DNA of 64,000 nt from an uncultured Solirubrobacteraceae bacterium (GCA_964588985.1 CAZPQW010000009.1:1-64000); one strand, 5' to 3'; shown: positions 49,081-59,453, counted from the first letter of the stretch. Numbers and translations: made by a program. The notes: generated by a model from the sequence alone, not told the origin.

Positions 49081-51084
49081 TCAGCCCGCCTTAGCCATCT
49101 CCACGAAGTAATCCAACGACCGCGGGTTAGCCAGCGACTCGACGCTCGCCGCCTGCTCCGGCGGGGTCCCCATCAGGATCCGCTTCACCGGCACCTCCAG
49201 CACCTTCCCCGACAGCGTCCGCGGGACCTCCGCAATCTGACGAATCTCGTTGGGCACGTGGCGCGGTGAGCAGTCCTCGCGGATGCGCTTCTTGATCTGC
49301 GCGGTCAGCTCGTCTGTCAGCTCGACACCCGGCGCGAGCACCGCGAACAGCACCATCCACAGCTCGCCGTCGGGCTTCGGCACGTCCACCACGAGCGTGT
49401 CGAGCACGCCCGGCACCGCGTGCGCCGCGCGGTAGATCTCGCTCGTTCCCATCCGCACGCCCTGACGGTTGATCGTCGAGTCCGAGCGGCCGTAGATCAC
49501 CGCGCCGCCGCGCGGGGTGATGCGGATCCAGTCGCCGTGGCGCCACACCCCCGGGTACATCTCGAAGTAGCTCTCCCGCAGCCGCTGGCCGGTCTCGTCG
49601 CCCCACAGGAACAGCGGCATCGACGGCATCGGCTCGGTGATCACCAGCTCCCCCACCTCGTCCGCCACGCTGTTTCCCTGTTCGTCCCACGCCTCCACCG
49701 CGCAGCCCAGCGCCCTGCACTGCAGTTCGCCTTCGTAAACCGGCAGCAGCGGGCAGCCCGCAACGAACGCCGTGCACACGTCCGTGCCGCCGCTCGTCGA
49801 GAACAGCCACATGTCCGAGCCCACCGCCTCGTAGATCCAACGGAAGCTCTCCGGCGAGAGCGGCGAGCCAGTCGAGCCGATCGCCCTCAGCGCGCTCAGG
49901 TCGAAGTCGCGCGCCGGGTGAACGTCCCCCTTCTCGCAGCTCGCCAACAACCCAGCGCTCACGCCCATGCACGTGATCCGCGCGCGCTCCGCGAGACTCC
50001 ACAGGCAGTTCAGATCCGGATGCGCGGGGCTGCCGTCATAGAGAACGATGGCCGCTTCGCTGTGCAGGCACCCCACGAGGAAGTTCCACATCATCCAGCC
50101 CGTCGTCGTGAACCAGAACATCCGGTCGCCCGCTCGCAGATCCAGGTGCAGGCGCTTCTTCAGTTGCTCCACCAGGATCCCGCCCTGGCTCTGCACGATC
50201 GCCTTCGGCAGCCCCGTAGTGCCCGACGAGTAAAGGACCCACAGCGGGTGGTCGAACGGCACCTGCTCGAAACGCAGCTCCGAGCCAGCGCCCTTGGCCA
50301 GCAACTCATCCCATGTGAGGGCGCTACGCACGCCCGACAACTCAAAATCCTTGCCCGCCATGTAGCCCAGCACCACCGTGTGCTCCACAGTCGGCAGCTC
50401 CTCCAGGATCCCCTCCACCACCGCCGTGCGATCGAAGTCCTTGCCGCCGTGGCGGTATCCGTCCACCGCCAGCAGCACCTTCGGCTCGATCTGCGCGAAG
50501 CGGTCGATCACGCTCCGCGCGCCGAACTCGGGCGCCGCGCTCGACCAGATCGCGCCGATCGACGCCACCGCCAGGAACGCCACGAGCGTCTCCGGGATGT
50601 TCGGCATGTAAGCCACCACGCGGTCGCCGCGCTCCACCCCCAGCGCCCGCAGGCCGCCCGCCGCCGCCGCAACCTGCGCCGTCAGCTCCCCCCACGTGAT
50701 CTCGCCGAGGTCGCGCAGCTCCGAGGTGTGCAGCACCGCCACGGAATCAGGATCCCGCCCACCCCGCCCGTCTGAGCTAACCGGGCCGAGCAGCAGGTTC
50801 TCGGCGTAGTTCAGCTCCGCCCCCTCGAACCAGCGCGCGCCCGGCATCTCGTGCGAGCCGAGAACCCGGTCGTAGGGCTTCGACGCGCGCACGCCGCAGA
50901 ACTCCCAGATGTTGGCCCAGAACACCTCCAGCTCGTCCACCGACCAGCGCCACAGCTCGTCGTAGTCGGAGAACTCGCGGCCGTGGCGCTCGCCCGCCCA
51001 GCGCATGAAGCGCCACATCTCCGTGCGCTCGCGCTCCTCCTCGGTGGGCTGCCACAACGGCTGCTGCTGGCCGTCGCTGGTCAT
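49081..51084 (-). CDS. Acetoacetyl-CoA synthetase
   Basis: WFEGAELNYAEN, YSSGTTGLPK, TGWMMWN, SGGTD, WRHGDW, GRSDSTINR. Confidence 0.93.
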   Translation of the reverse strand: MTSDGQQQPLWQPTEEERERTEMWRFMRWAGERHGREFSDYDELWRWSVDELEVFWANIWEFCGVRASKPYDRVLGSHEMPGARWFEGAELNYAENLLLGPVSSDGRGGRDPDSVAVLHTSELRDLGEITWGELTAQVAAAAGGLRALGVERGDRVVAYMPNIPETLVAFLAVASIGAIWSSAAPEFGARSVIDRFAQIEPKVLLAVDGYRHGGKDFDRTAVVEGILEELPTVEHTVVLGYMAGKDFELSGVRSALTWDELLAKGAGSELRFEQVPFDHPLWVLYSSGTTGLPKAIVQSQGGILVEQLKKRLHLDLRAGDRMFWFTTTGWMMWNFLVGCLHSEAAIVLYDGSPAHPDLNCLWSLAERARITCMGVSAGLLASCEKGDVHPARDFDLSALRAIGSTGSPLSPESFRWIYEAVGSDMWLFSTSGGTDVCTAFVAGCPLLPVYEGELQCRALGCAVEAWDEQGNSVADEVGELVITEPMPSMPLFLWGDETGQRLRESYFEMYPGVWRHGDWIRITPRGGAVIYGRSDSTINRQGVRMGTSEIYRAAHAVPGVLDTLVVDVPKPDGELWMVLFAVLAPGVELTDELTAQIKKRIREDCSPRHVPNEIRQIAEVPRTLSGKVLEVPVKRILMGTPPEQAASVESLANPRSLDYFVEMAKAG

Positions 51085-51103
51085 GCGGGTATTCTCGCGG
51101 TTT

Positions 51104-52183
51104 GTGAGCCTCACCGCGCTGCGAGCCGAGTTTCCCGTGCTGGAGCGGCTCGCGTATCTCAACGCCGGCACCGACGGGCCGCTCTCCGCACGCGCCGTCG
51201 CCGCCGCACGCGAGGAGATGGAGCGAGAGCTAGCCGGCGGACGCACCCAGGCGCACTTCGCGCGGCGCACCGAGCTGAACGACGCCCTGCGCGTGTCCTA
51301 CGCCGCCGTCCTCGGCTGCTCGACCGAGGATGTCGCGCTCACCACGTGCACAACCGAAGGGATCGCTCAGGTGATCGACGGCCTGCGTCTCGGCCGCGGC
51401 GATGAGATCCTCACCAGCGACGAGGAGCATCCCGGCCTGCTCGGAGCGCTCGGCGCCGCCCGCCAGCTGCACGGCGTCGAGGTTCGCGAAGTCCCATTCG
51501 ACGATCTCGCGAGCGGGGTCGGCGCGAACACGCAGCTCGTCGCGTGCTCGCACGTCAGCTGGATGACCGGCAAGCTCGCTCCCGCGGAGCTCGGCGAGTT
51601 GGAGGTCCCCGTGCTGCTCGACGGCGCCCAGGGCGTAGGCGCCGTCCCCACCGACGCGCTCGCCCTTCGCTGCGCCGCGTACGCCGGCGCTGGGCAGAAG
51701 TGGCTCTGCGGACCCGACGGCACCGGCATGCTCTACCTCACCGCCGAGCTGCGCGAGCGCCTCGCCGTCACCCGTCGCGGCTACCCCAACCTCGCCGACC
51801 CGATGGCCGGTCTCGACGCGCACGTCCATGAGGACGCGCGGCGCTTCGACGCGCCCTCGCTCTCCGCCGAGGCCGTCGCGTGCGCGCTCGCCGGCATCCG
51901 CGTGCTGGAGGAAGCCGGCTGGGACGCCGTGCACGAGCGCTCCCGCGCGCTCGCCGCCACGCTCGCCGAGCGTTTGGCCGAGCTGGGGTGCGAGCCCACA
52001 CCGCGCGGGCCGAGCACGCTCGTGTCCTTCCCCAGCGCCGACCCCGAAGCCGAGCGCGACGCCCTCGCCGCCGCCGGCGTGATGGTGCGCAACATCCCCG
52101 AGCGTCCCTGGCTGCGAGCGTCCGTCGGGGCGTGGAACGACGAGGGCGACCTCGATCGGCTGCTCAGCGCGCTGCGCGGATGA
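51104..52183 (+). CDS. Class V PLP aminotransferase / C-S lyase family
   Basis: YLNAG, EHP, SHVSW.TG, DGAQG, GQKWL.GPDGTG. Confidence 0.88.
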   Translation: MSLTALRAEFPVLERLAYLNAGTDGPLSARAVAAAREEMERELAGGRTQAHFARRTELNDALRVSYAAVLGCSTEDVALTTCTTEGIAQVIDGLRLGRGDEILTSDEEHPGLLGALGAARQLHGVEVREVPFDDLASGVGANTQLVACSHVSWMTGKLAPAELGELEVPVLLDGAQGVGAVPTDALALRCAAYAGAGQKWLCGPDGTGMLYLTAELRERLAVTRRGYPNLADPMAGLDAHVHEDARRFDAPSLSAEAVACALAGIRVLEEAGWDAVHERSRALAATLAERLAELGCEPTPRGPSTLVSFPSADPEAERDALAAAGVMVRNIPERPWLRASVGAWNDEGDLDRLLSALRG

Positions 52184-54189
52184 TCCGCTCCCGCCGTCTC
52201 CCCCTCCGGGGACGATGCGGGCTCGTCGGGGTCGTCGCCGCCTCCGCCGTGCTCAACACCGTCCGGCTCTCCCAGAACGGCTACGCCAACGTCTTCTACT
52301 CCGCGGGCGTCAAGTCGATGCTCCGCTCGTGGCACAACTTCGTCTTCGTCTCCTTTGACCCCGGCGGGCTCGTCACCGTCGATAAGCCCCCGCTCGCCCT
52401 GTGGGTGCAGGCGGCGAGCGCCAAGCTGTTCGGCTTCTCGCCGCTCAGCCTGCTGCTGCCCGAGGCGCTCCTCGGCGCGGTCGCCGTCGGGCTGCTCTAC
52501 CTCATCCTCGAGCCGCGCATCGGCACCCCCGCCGCGTTCGCCGGCGCGCTCGCCATGGCCGTCTTCCCCTCGTTCGTCGCCGTCTCGCGCGAGAACGGCG
52601 TCGACACCGTCCTCATCCTGCTGCTCGTCCTCGCCTGCGGCGCCGCTCTGCGCGCCTGCGACACCGGCCGCCTGCGCGCGCTCGTCTGGAGCGGCGCGCT
52701 AGTCGGGCTCGCGTTCAACACCAAGACGCTCGCCGCCTATCTCGCCGTCCCCGGGATCGCCGCCGGCTACCTCGTGTGCGCGCCCGTGTCGCTGCGTCGG
52801 CGCATCGCGCACGTGGCCGTCGCCGGGGTCGCGATGCTCGCCGTGTCGTTCGCGTGGATCGCGTTCGTAGAACTCACCCCCGCCTCCAAGCGCCCCTACG
52901 TGGGCAGCTCCACCAACAACACCGAGCTCGGGCTCACGTTCCAATACAACGGCGTCGGGCGCGTCGAAGGGCAGGCCGGCGGACCGGGCCGGGTCGCCAC
53001 GCTGCCCGGCGCCTACGTCCCCGCCGCGCGCCAGCTCGAAGCTGCCGCCGCGGCCGCCGCCGCCCACCCGAGCGCAGCGAGCGAACAGACAAGTGGAGGC
53101 AACACCGCCCGCGTACCCAAGCCCACGCTCAAACCAATCGAAACCAGCGGCCGCGAACGCAACCCGATCCCCTTCGGCGGCTCGCCCAGCATCACGCGCC
53201 TGTTCGGCCGGGGCCTCGGCGACCAGGGCGGGTGGCTGCTGCCGTTCGCGTTCCTCGGCGCGCTCGCCCTCGCGCTGCTCGCTCTGCTCGAGCGCCCGCC
53301 CGAGGCGCGCTTCGACCGGCCGCGACTGGCGGTAGCGCTCGTGCTCGGCGGCTGGTTCCTCGTCGAGGCGGCCGTGCTCAGCCTCTCCAAGGGGATCGTC
53401 CATCCCTACTACGTCTCCGCGCTCGCTCCCGGCGCCGGCGCGATGGTCGGCGCGGGAGCAGCCGCGCTCGCCACGCTCGCCCGCGGCCATCGGAGGGTGC
53501 TGGGGCTGGCGCTCCTCGCGCTCGCGATCGCCGCCACCGTCGCCGTCCAGGTCGTGCTGCTGCACCGCGAGCACTACATGAGCTGGTTCGTCCCCGTGCT
53601 GCTCGTCGGGGCCGGCGCCGGGCTGTGCGCGCTGCTCGCGCTGCGACGGCTCGCCGCCCCCGCGCTCGCCGCGACGCTCGCGCTGCTGCTCGTCGCGCCC
53701 GCCGCCTACTCCGCCACCACGTGGCTCGCGCCCGCCGAGGGCACGTTCCCCGCCGCCGGCCCCGAACGCACCGCCGGCGCCGGCGCGTACGGGATCAACG
53801 CCAAAGACCTCGAAGTCGACGCCGCGCTCGCCGCGTACGTCAGCACGCACCGTCCCGGCTCGCGCTGGGCACTCTTCACCGTCGCCTCCAGCACCGCCGC
53901 GCCGATGATGCTCTTCGGCCTCGACGCGGGTGCGCTCGGCGGCTACAGCGGCACCGACCCCGCGCTCGACGGCCCCGGCCTCGCGCGCCTCGTCGCACGC
54001 CGAGAAGCGCGCTACGTGCTGCTCGGGGGCGAGTACTCGCTGCGCGGCGGCAACCGCGCCACCAAGGCCGTTCTGCGCGCGTGCAGGGAGATGGTCCCCG
54101 CCGAATGGAACAGCCCGCTCGGCTACCCCCTCGGGCTCGTGCTGTTTGACTGCGCCGGGCGCGAACGCGCGCTCTCCGCTGCGGGCTGA
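52180..54189 (+). CDS. GT-C (family 39, PMT/ArnT-like) glycosyltransferase
   Basis: YSAGVKSM..SWHNF, VDKPP, RENGVD, FNTK, RPYVGSS, YNG; many TM helices. Confidence 0.9.
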   Translation: MIRSRRLPLRGRCGLVGVVAASAVLNTVRLSQNGYANVFYSAGVKSMLRSWHNFVFVSFDPGGLVTVDKPPLALWVQAASAKLFGFSPLSLLLPEALLGAVAVGLLYLILEPRIGTPAAFAGALAMAVFPSFVAVSRENGVDTVLILLLVLACGAALRACDTGRLRALVWSGALVGLAFNTKTLAAYLAVPGIAAGYLVCAPVSLRRRIAHVAVAGVAMLAVSFAWIAFVELTPASKRPYVGSSTNNTELGLTFQYNGVGRVEGQAGGPGRVATLPGAYVPAARQLEAAAAAAAAHPSAASEQTSGGNTARVPKPTLKPIETSGRERNPIPFGGSPSITRLFGRGLGDQGGWLLPFAFLGALALALLALLERPPEARFDRPRLAVALVLGGWFLVEAAVLSLSKGIVHPYYVSALAPGAGAMVGAGAAALATLARGHRRVLGLALLALAIAATVAVQVVLLHREHYMSWFVPVLLVGAGAGLCALLALRRLAAPALAATLALLLVAPAAYSATTWLAPAEGTFPAAGPERTAGAGAYGINAKDLEVDAALAAYVSTHRPGSRWALFTVASSTAAPMMLFGLDAGALGGYSGTDPALDGPGLARLVARREARYVLLGGEYSLRGGNRATKAVLRACREMVPAEWNSPLGYPLGLVLFDCAGRERALSAAG

Positions 54190-54208
54190 GCGCGGCCAGC
54201 TTCTGAGG

Positions 54209-55747
54209 CTAAACAGCCACCGACAGCCCGTGGTGGAACGCGCGCGCGAACAGCTCGCGCTCGCGACCGGCCGCCCACCGCGGCACCGCCAGCTCGCCGT
54301 CGGCGATCAGCCGCAGCTCGACCTCGTCGTCTTTCAGCTCGAGGCTCGTCGCGCTCACCAGCTGGTCGCGCGAGCGCTCCAGGTCCTCCGCCAGGCGCAG
54401 CAGCGCCGCGCAGCGGTCCAGGCGCGCCGCGTCGCCGTCTCCGAACAGCGCCGCCATCGGCCCCGGCGAGGGCATGCCCTTGCGGTGGTAGCGCGCGGCC
54501 TGCGCCACGATCGCCGTCTCCACCGGCTCGAAGCCCGGCAGGCCGCCGTTGAGGATCAGGTAGCGGGAGTGCTTGTGGTGGTCGTCGTAGTCGATCGACA
54601 TGCCGATGTCGTGCAGCATGCACGCCGCCCACAGCAGTTCGCGCTCGCGCTCCTCGCCCTCGTGCAGACCGAGCTCCGCGAGCTTGTCGAACATCCCCAG
54701 CGCGAGCGTCGCGACGTGCTGGGTGTGCACAGCGTCCACCCGATATTGCGCCGCCATGTTCGTCACGCTCGAGCGCCGCACGTCGCGCAGCAGCGGCGGG
54801 TCGCGGTCGGCGAGCTGGCGCTCGAAGAACACGCCCTCGCGCAACCCCGCTTCGGTCGTCTCGATGCCCTCGAAGCCGCCCGCCTCGAGCACCCCTTGCA
54901 CCACCACCGCGCCCGCCAGGATCAGATCCGCGCGCGCAGGCTTGATCCCAGGCACGCTCGCACGCTCGCGCGCCGGCAGCGCCGCCAGGCGCTCCACCAG
55001 CTCGTCCAGCGCCTCGCGCGCGATCGTCGTGCCCTGTACGCCGTTCGACGGCAGGCCCGCCGCGCGCTGCGCCGCGGAGGCGAGGTTGCGCAGCGTGCCC
55101 CCGATCCCCACCAGGCGCCCTCCCCCGCCGGCCCGCGCGCCTTCGGTCAACCACGCCGCCTGCGCCAGCTCCAGCGCCACGTGCTCGCGCAGCTCCTCCA
55201 GCTGCTTGCGCTTCGCCGGGCCGTTCGGCGGCAGGAAGCGCTCGCTCATCAGCACCGTCCCCACCCGCCACGAGCCCGAGTGGCTCGCCAGCCGGTCCGC
55301 CACGCGCACCAGCTGCAGCGAGCCGCCTCCCAGGTCGAGCACGCAGCCGTCGCTCAACGTGGTCGAGTTGACCGCCGCGAGGTAGCCGTAGCGGGCCTCC
55401 GCGCCGCGGCTCAGCACGCGGATCGGCAGTCCGAAGCGCTCGCGAGCCCGTGCGAGGAACTCCTCCGCGTTCTCCGCGTCGCGGATCGCGCTCGTCGCGA
55501 CCGCGTCCACCGCGTCCGCGTCGAGGCCGCCCGCGCGACAGAAGTGCGAGAACACGTCGAGCGTCGCCAGCGCGCGCTCCATCGGCTCCTCCCCCAGCAC
55601 GCCCGTGTCGATCATCCCCTCGCCGATGCGCACCGGCTCGTGGATCTCATCGGTACGCCGCCACCAGCCCTGTCCTGCCATGAACACGACCAGCCGGAAG
55701 GAGTTGGAGCCTAGATCTATTACCGCGAGCCGCTCGCCTGGCCTCAT
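54209..55747 (-). CDS. ppx: Ppx/GppA phosphatase with C-terminal HD domain
   Basis: IDLGSNSFRL, ATSAIRDAEN, DLGGGS, GLREG, LHDIG...HHKHS. Confidence 0.92.
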   Translation of the reverse strand: MRPGERLAVIDLGSNSFRLVVFMAGQGWWRRTDEIHEPVRIGEGMIDTGVLGEEPMERALATLDVFSHFCRAGGLDADAVDAVATSAIRDAENAEEFLARARERFGLPIRVLSRGAEARYGYLAAVNSTTLSDGCVLDLGGGSLQLVRVADRLASHSGSWRVGTVLMSERFLPPNGPAKRKQLEELREHVALELAQAAWLTEGARAGGGGRLVGIGGTLRNLASAAQRAAGLPSNGVQGTTIAREALDELVERLAALPARERASVPGIKPARADLILAGAVVVQGVLEAGGFEGIETTEAGLREGVFFERQLADRDPPLLRDVRRSSVTNMAAQYRVDAVHTQHVATLALGMFDKLAELGLHEGEERERELLWAACMLHDIGMSIDYDDHHKHSRYLILNGGLPGFEPVETAIVAQAARYHRKGMPSPGPMAALFGDGDAARLDRCAALLRLAEDLERSRDQLVSATSLELKDDEVELRLIADGELAVPRWAAGRERELFARAFHHGLSVAV

Positions 55748-55837
55748 CGCTTCAGCGTATTCACCGCACCGGCTGGCTTTGAAACGCGATTCGACATCGA
55801 TACCGCCGCGCGCGGGAGGCGCCCCTACGGGATTCGC

Positions 55838-57106
55838 TCAGCGGTGCGTCTCGGGCCTCGCGCGCTTCGCCGCGTACATCGCCTGGTCGGCTTCCACGAG
55901 CGCTTTCTCCGCGCTTTCGACGCCTTCGTGCACGAGCGAGAAGCCGATGCTCGCCGAGGGGTGCAGGACGTCGTCGCCGACGTCGATGGTGCAGCCCTTG
56001 ATCACACGGTCCAGGCCCTCCGCCACCACAGCCACGCCCTCGCGGTCGATGTGCGGCAGGAGCACCGCGAACTCGTCGCCGCCGAGGCGTGCCACGAGGT
56101 CCGTTTCCCTCAGTCTGCGCGTCAGCGCGCGGGCGACCGCCTTGAGCGTGTCGTCGCCTGCCTTGTGGCCGTAGGTGTCGTTGACGCGCTTGAACTCGTC
56201 CAGGTCGATCACGATCAGCCCCGCGACCTCGCCGTAGCGCTGCGAGCGGGCGACCTGCAGGCGCAGGTCGTGCTCGAACAGCCGGCGGTTGCGCATCCCC
56301 GTCAGCGGGTCGTGGTCGGCGAGGTGGCGCAGGTGCTCCTCCAGGCGCTTGCGGTCGGAGATGTCCTGCACCTGGGCGATGTAGTGGAGCGGTGCGCCGT
56401 TGCGATCACGCACGAGCGACATCGACAGGATCGCCGAGACGGTCTCCCCGGCGGCGTCGAAGTAGCGCTTCTCCACCTGGAAGGCCGGGATCTGGCCGTC
56501 GAGCAGGCGCTGGCGCTGCTCGAGGTCGTTGAGCGCGTCCTCCGGGTGCATGATGCCGTCGAAGCGCTTGCCGATCAGCTCCTCGGAGGTGTAGCCGGTG
56601 ATGTCGCACAGCGCGCGGTTCACCAGCAGCCAGCGGCCTTCGCTGTCGAGCAGGCCGGTGCCGATCGGCGCGCGCTCGAAGACCTCCTCGAAGCTGCCGC
56701 TCCCGCGCGAGGGCGCGAGCAGATCCGCGTGTCTGCGCGCGGTGATGTCGAGCACCACCGCCACGCCGCCCGCGATCGAGCTGTCCTCCTCGCCGCCCGC
56801 GCCGTGCAGCCGCAGCGGCCCAACGTCGACCATCATGCAGTGGCGCTCCTCCGCGGTCCAGATCTCGCGCGAGCGCGTCTCGCCGTCGAGCGCCGAGCGG
56901 AACAGCGGCTCGAGCACCCGCCACAGCTCCGCCGGGAACGCCTCCTCCACGAGCTGGCCGTCGAGGCCGGCCTGCGGTGGGCCGAGACGCTCGAGCGCCT
57001 GCCCCGCGGTCAGCACGAAGCGCAGGTCCCTGTCGAACACCAGGATCAGCGCCTCGGGCAGCTCGCGCAGAGCAGCCGCAGCGGCCTGATCGGCGCTCGC
57101 GATCAC
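55838..57106 (-). CDS. PAS/PAC diguanylate cyclase
   Basis: Two PAS domains, HDPLTG, DLDEFKRVND.YGH.GD, RETD I-site, GGDEF. Start placed at GTG 57106 because the ATG at 57151 abuts the sigma28-like -10. Confidence 0.92.
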   Translation of the reverse strand: MIASADQAAAAALRELPEALILVFDRDLRFVLTAGQALERLGPPQAGLDGQLVEEAFPAELWRVLEPLFRSALDGETRSREIWTAEERHCMMVDVGPLRLHGAGGEEDSSIAGGVAVVLDITARRHADLLAPSRGSGSFEEVFERAPIGTGLLDSEGRWLLVNRALCDITGYTSEELIGKRFDGIMHPEDALNDLEQRQRLLDGQIPAFQVEKRYFDAAGETVSAILSMSLVRDRNGAPLHYIAQVQDISDRKRLEEHLRHLADHDPLTGMRNRRLFEHDLRLQVARSQRYGEVAGLIVIDLDEFKRVNDTYGHKAGDDTLKAVARALTRRLRETDLVARLGGDEFAVLLPHIDREGVAVVAEGLDRVIKGCTIDVGDDVLHPSASIGFSLVHEGVESAEKALVEADQAMYAAKRARPETHR

Positions 57107-57152
57107 GTAAGGGTTCTGGGGGCTCTCTCTGGTGGAGGGCGACACGCCCATC

Positions 57153-57216
57153 CCATCGGCCTCTGCGGCTGTCTACTTGACAGCGAACCGCCGATCGGGG
57201 CGGTTACTTGACAGCG
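57153..57216 (-). promoter_or_regulatory. Sigma28-like promoter plus 12-bp direct repeats flanking a palindrome
   Basis: TCAA-N16-GCCGATGG on the minus strand; TACTTGACAGCG at 57174 and 57205; AACCGCC-N6-GGCGGTT between them. Confidence 0.55.
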
Positions 57217-57248
57217 TGGGCGCCGTCTTGCACTGAGGGATGACTTTC

Positions 57249-58091
57249 TCAGGGGCGCACGAACGTGTCGGGGTCTGGCCCGATGCGGGTGTTCGTGTCG
57301 AGCGCCGCGATCGACTCCATCTCCGCATCGCTCAGCTCGAAGTCGAAGACGTGGAAGTTCTGCTCGATCCGCTCGGGCGTCACCGACTTGGGGATCACCA
57401 CGTTGCCGAGCTGCACGTGCCAGCGGATCACCACCTGCCCCGCCGTCCTCGAGTGCGCCTCGGCGATCTCCACGATCGCGGGGTCCTCGAGCGCCCTGCC
57501 CTGCGCGAGCGGGCTCCACGCCTCGGTCAGCATGTGCAGATCGTGGTGTTCGCAGCGCAGCTGCGGCTGCTGCAGGTAGGGGTGCAGCTCCACCTGGTTC
57601 ACCGCCGGCGTCTCGCCGGTCTCCTCGATCACGCGCCGCAGATGGGCGGGCTTGAAGTTCGACACGCCGATCGCGCGGGTCAGCCCTTCGTCACGCATCT
57701 CGACGAACGCCCTCCATGTCTCCACATATAGGTCGTGCGACGGCACCGGCCAGTGGATCAGATACAGGTCCACGCGGTCGAGCTGCAGGCGCTCGAGGCT
57801 CGCGTGCAGCGCGCGCTTGGCCCGCTCGTGGCCGTGGTCGTCGTTGAAGCACTTCGTCGTCACGAACACCTCGTCGCGACCCAGGCCGCTCTCGCGCAGC
57901 GCCTGCCCCACCTCGGCCTCGTTGCGGTACGCCGCCGCGGTGTCGATGTGGCGGTAGCCGGTGGCCAGCGCGTTCGATACGACCTCGACGGTCTGCGCGG
58001 GCGGGACCTGAAAGACCCCGAAGCCGAGCTGCGGGATATCCACCCCGTCGCCGAAGGGGATCAGCGGGACGCGGGTGGTGTGTGAGCTCAT
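57249..58091 (-). CDS. Aldo/keto reductase (2,5-DKG reductase-like)
   Basis: GFGVFQ, GYRHIDTA..Y.NE, LYLIHWP, IGVSNF, NQVELHP, IPKS. Confidence 0.95.
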   Translation of the reverse strand: MSSHTTRVPLIPFGDGVDIPQLGFGVFQVPPAQTVEVVSNALATGYRHIDTAAAYRNEAEVGQALRESGLGRDEVFVTTKCFNDDHGHERAKRALHASLERLQLDRVDLYLIHWPVPSHDLYVETWRAFVEMRDEGLTRAIGVSNFKPAHLRRVIEETGETPAVNQVELHPYLQQPQLRCEHHDLHMLTEAWSPLAQGRALEDPAIVEIAEAHSRTAGQVVIRWHVQLGNVVIPKSVTPERIEQNFHVFDFELSDAEMESIAALDTNTRIGPDPDTFVRP

Positions 58092-58160
58092 TGTGCTTGG
58101 CAATGCCCTCCGTCGAGCGATCCTAAACCTCTGAACCCGTCCGGCGATAATGTCGCGACG

Positions 58161-59387
58161 ATGCACCGTCACCGCCCCAGCGGCTGGCTGCGCCACTACG
58201 CGGGATTCCTCTCGCCGAACGCCACCGCCGCCCTGCGCGTGTTGCTGGAGCGAGACCGCGAGCAGCGCCTGCACCGCCTCGCCGCGACCGTCGGAGACAT
58301 CGCCCGCGAGCGCCGCTCGGGCTCGCGGCCACGGATGCGCGCGCTACAGGCCGCCCCCGGCGCGCGCCTGCGCTGGCGCTCGACGCCCGCGCCGCCCCCA
58401 CCCGGACCGTATGGCGCGGTGGTGCACCCGATCGCGTCCGCCACGTGCGACATCGACTGCCCGCTCGCGCTCGGCCGCAGCCAGTTCGCGCTGCCGCTGC
58501 ACCTCGGGCACGAATGCGTCGCGGACGTGCTGAGCGTCGGCGAGCGCGTCAGCACGGTCAAGCCGGGCGACCGCGTGATCGTGCCGTTCGAGATCAGCTG
58601 TGGGACGTGCGCCCCGTGCCTCGCGGGACTGCAGGGCAGCTGCACGTCGGTGCCGCCCGTCTCCGCCTATGGCATGGGCCTGGCGACGGGGCACTGGGGC
58701 GGTGCGTTCTCCGACGAGCTCGCGGTGCCTTATGCGGATGCGATGCTCGTGCCGCTTCCCGAGGGCATCGATCCGGTGGCCGCGGCGAGCCTCGCGGACA
58801 ACGTGTGCGACGCCTACCGCCACATCGGCCCGCATGTGCCGGTGCTGCTCGAGCGCGACCCTGACGCGGAGATCCTGATCCTCGCGGCGCTCGAGGAGCG
58901 CGTGCTGTTCAGCGGCAGCGTGGCGCTCTACGTGGGTCTGATCGCCCGCGCGTTCGGCGCGCGCAACGTGTGCATCGTCGATGCGAGACCCGCGATGCGC
59001 GCGCACGCCGAGCGCCTCGGGCTGCACGCGATCTCTCCACGCGAGCTGCGCCGCCGCCCGCCGGCGCCGCTGGTGGTGGACCTCACGATCGACAGGCTCG
59101 GCGTGGCGCTCTCCCACACCGCCCCGGACGGGATCTGCACAAGCTCCGGGAGCCTTCACCGCAGCGCCCGCACCCCGGCGCTTCAGATGTACGTGCGCAA
59201 CGTGACGCTTCACTTCGGGCGCACGCACGTGCGCGCGCTGATCCCGAAGGTGCTCGAGCTGATGCGCGACGGGCGCCTACGCCCAGAGACGGTCACGACC
59301 ACGGTGGGCTCGCTCGAGGACGCGCCGCAGGCGCTGCGCGAGCACTTCCTCGGCGGCGGCGTGAAGGCGGTCCTCACGACCGCTTGA
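58161..59387 (+). CDS. Zinc-dependent medium-chain dehydrogenase family protein
   Basis: ATCDID, LGHE, CGTCAPC...SC structural Zn site, VPYADAML. Confidence 0.85.
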   Translation: MHRHRPSGWLRHYAGFLSPNATAALRVLLERDREQRLHRLAATVGDIARERRSGSRPRMRALQAAPGARLRWRSTPAPPPPGPYGAVVHPIASATCDIDCPLALGRSQFALPLHLGHECVADVLSVGERVSTVKPGDRVIVPFEISCGTCAPCLAGLQGSCTSVPPVSAYGMGLATGHWGGAFSDELAVPYADAMLVPLPEGIDPVAAASLADNVCDAYRHIGPHVPVLLERDPDAEILILAALEERVLFSGSVALYVGLIARAFGARNVCIVDARPAMRAHAERLGLHAISPRELRRRPPAPLVVDLTIDRLGVALSHTAPDGICTSSGSLHRSARTPALQMYVRNVTLHFGRTHVRALIPKVLELMRDGRLRPETVTTTVGSLEDAPQALREHFLGGGVKAVLTTA

Positions 59388-59405
59388 CGCGAGAGCGGTG
59401 AGGCG

Positions 59406-59431
59406 CGGCGGCCACCCGTCGATGGCCGCCG
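59406..59431. terminator. Hairpin between convergent genes
   Basis: CGGCGGCCA...TGGCCGCCG stem. Confidence 0.6.
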
Positions 59432-59453
59432 TTGTGCCTCGAGAGGGTGCGGC

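Noticed and set aside
48940-49269. ORF-track calls 48940-49269 and 48365-48613 in the low-GC gap
   Set aside because: They overlap neighbouring genes antisense and lack an SD or protein-like features; the 55-aa ORF explains the gap better.
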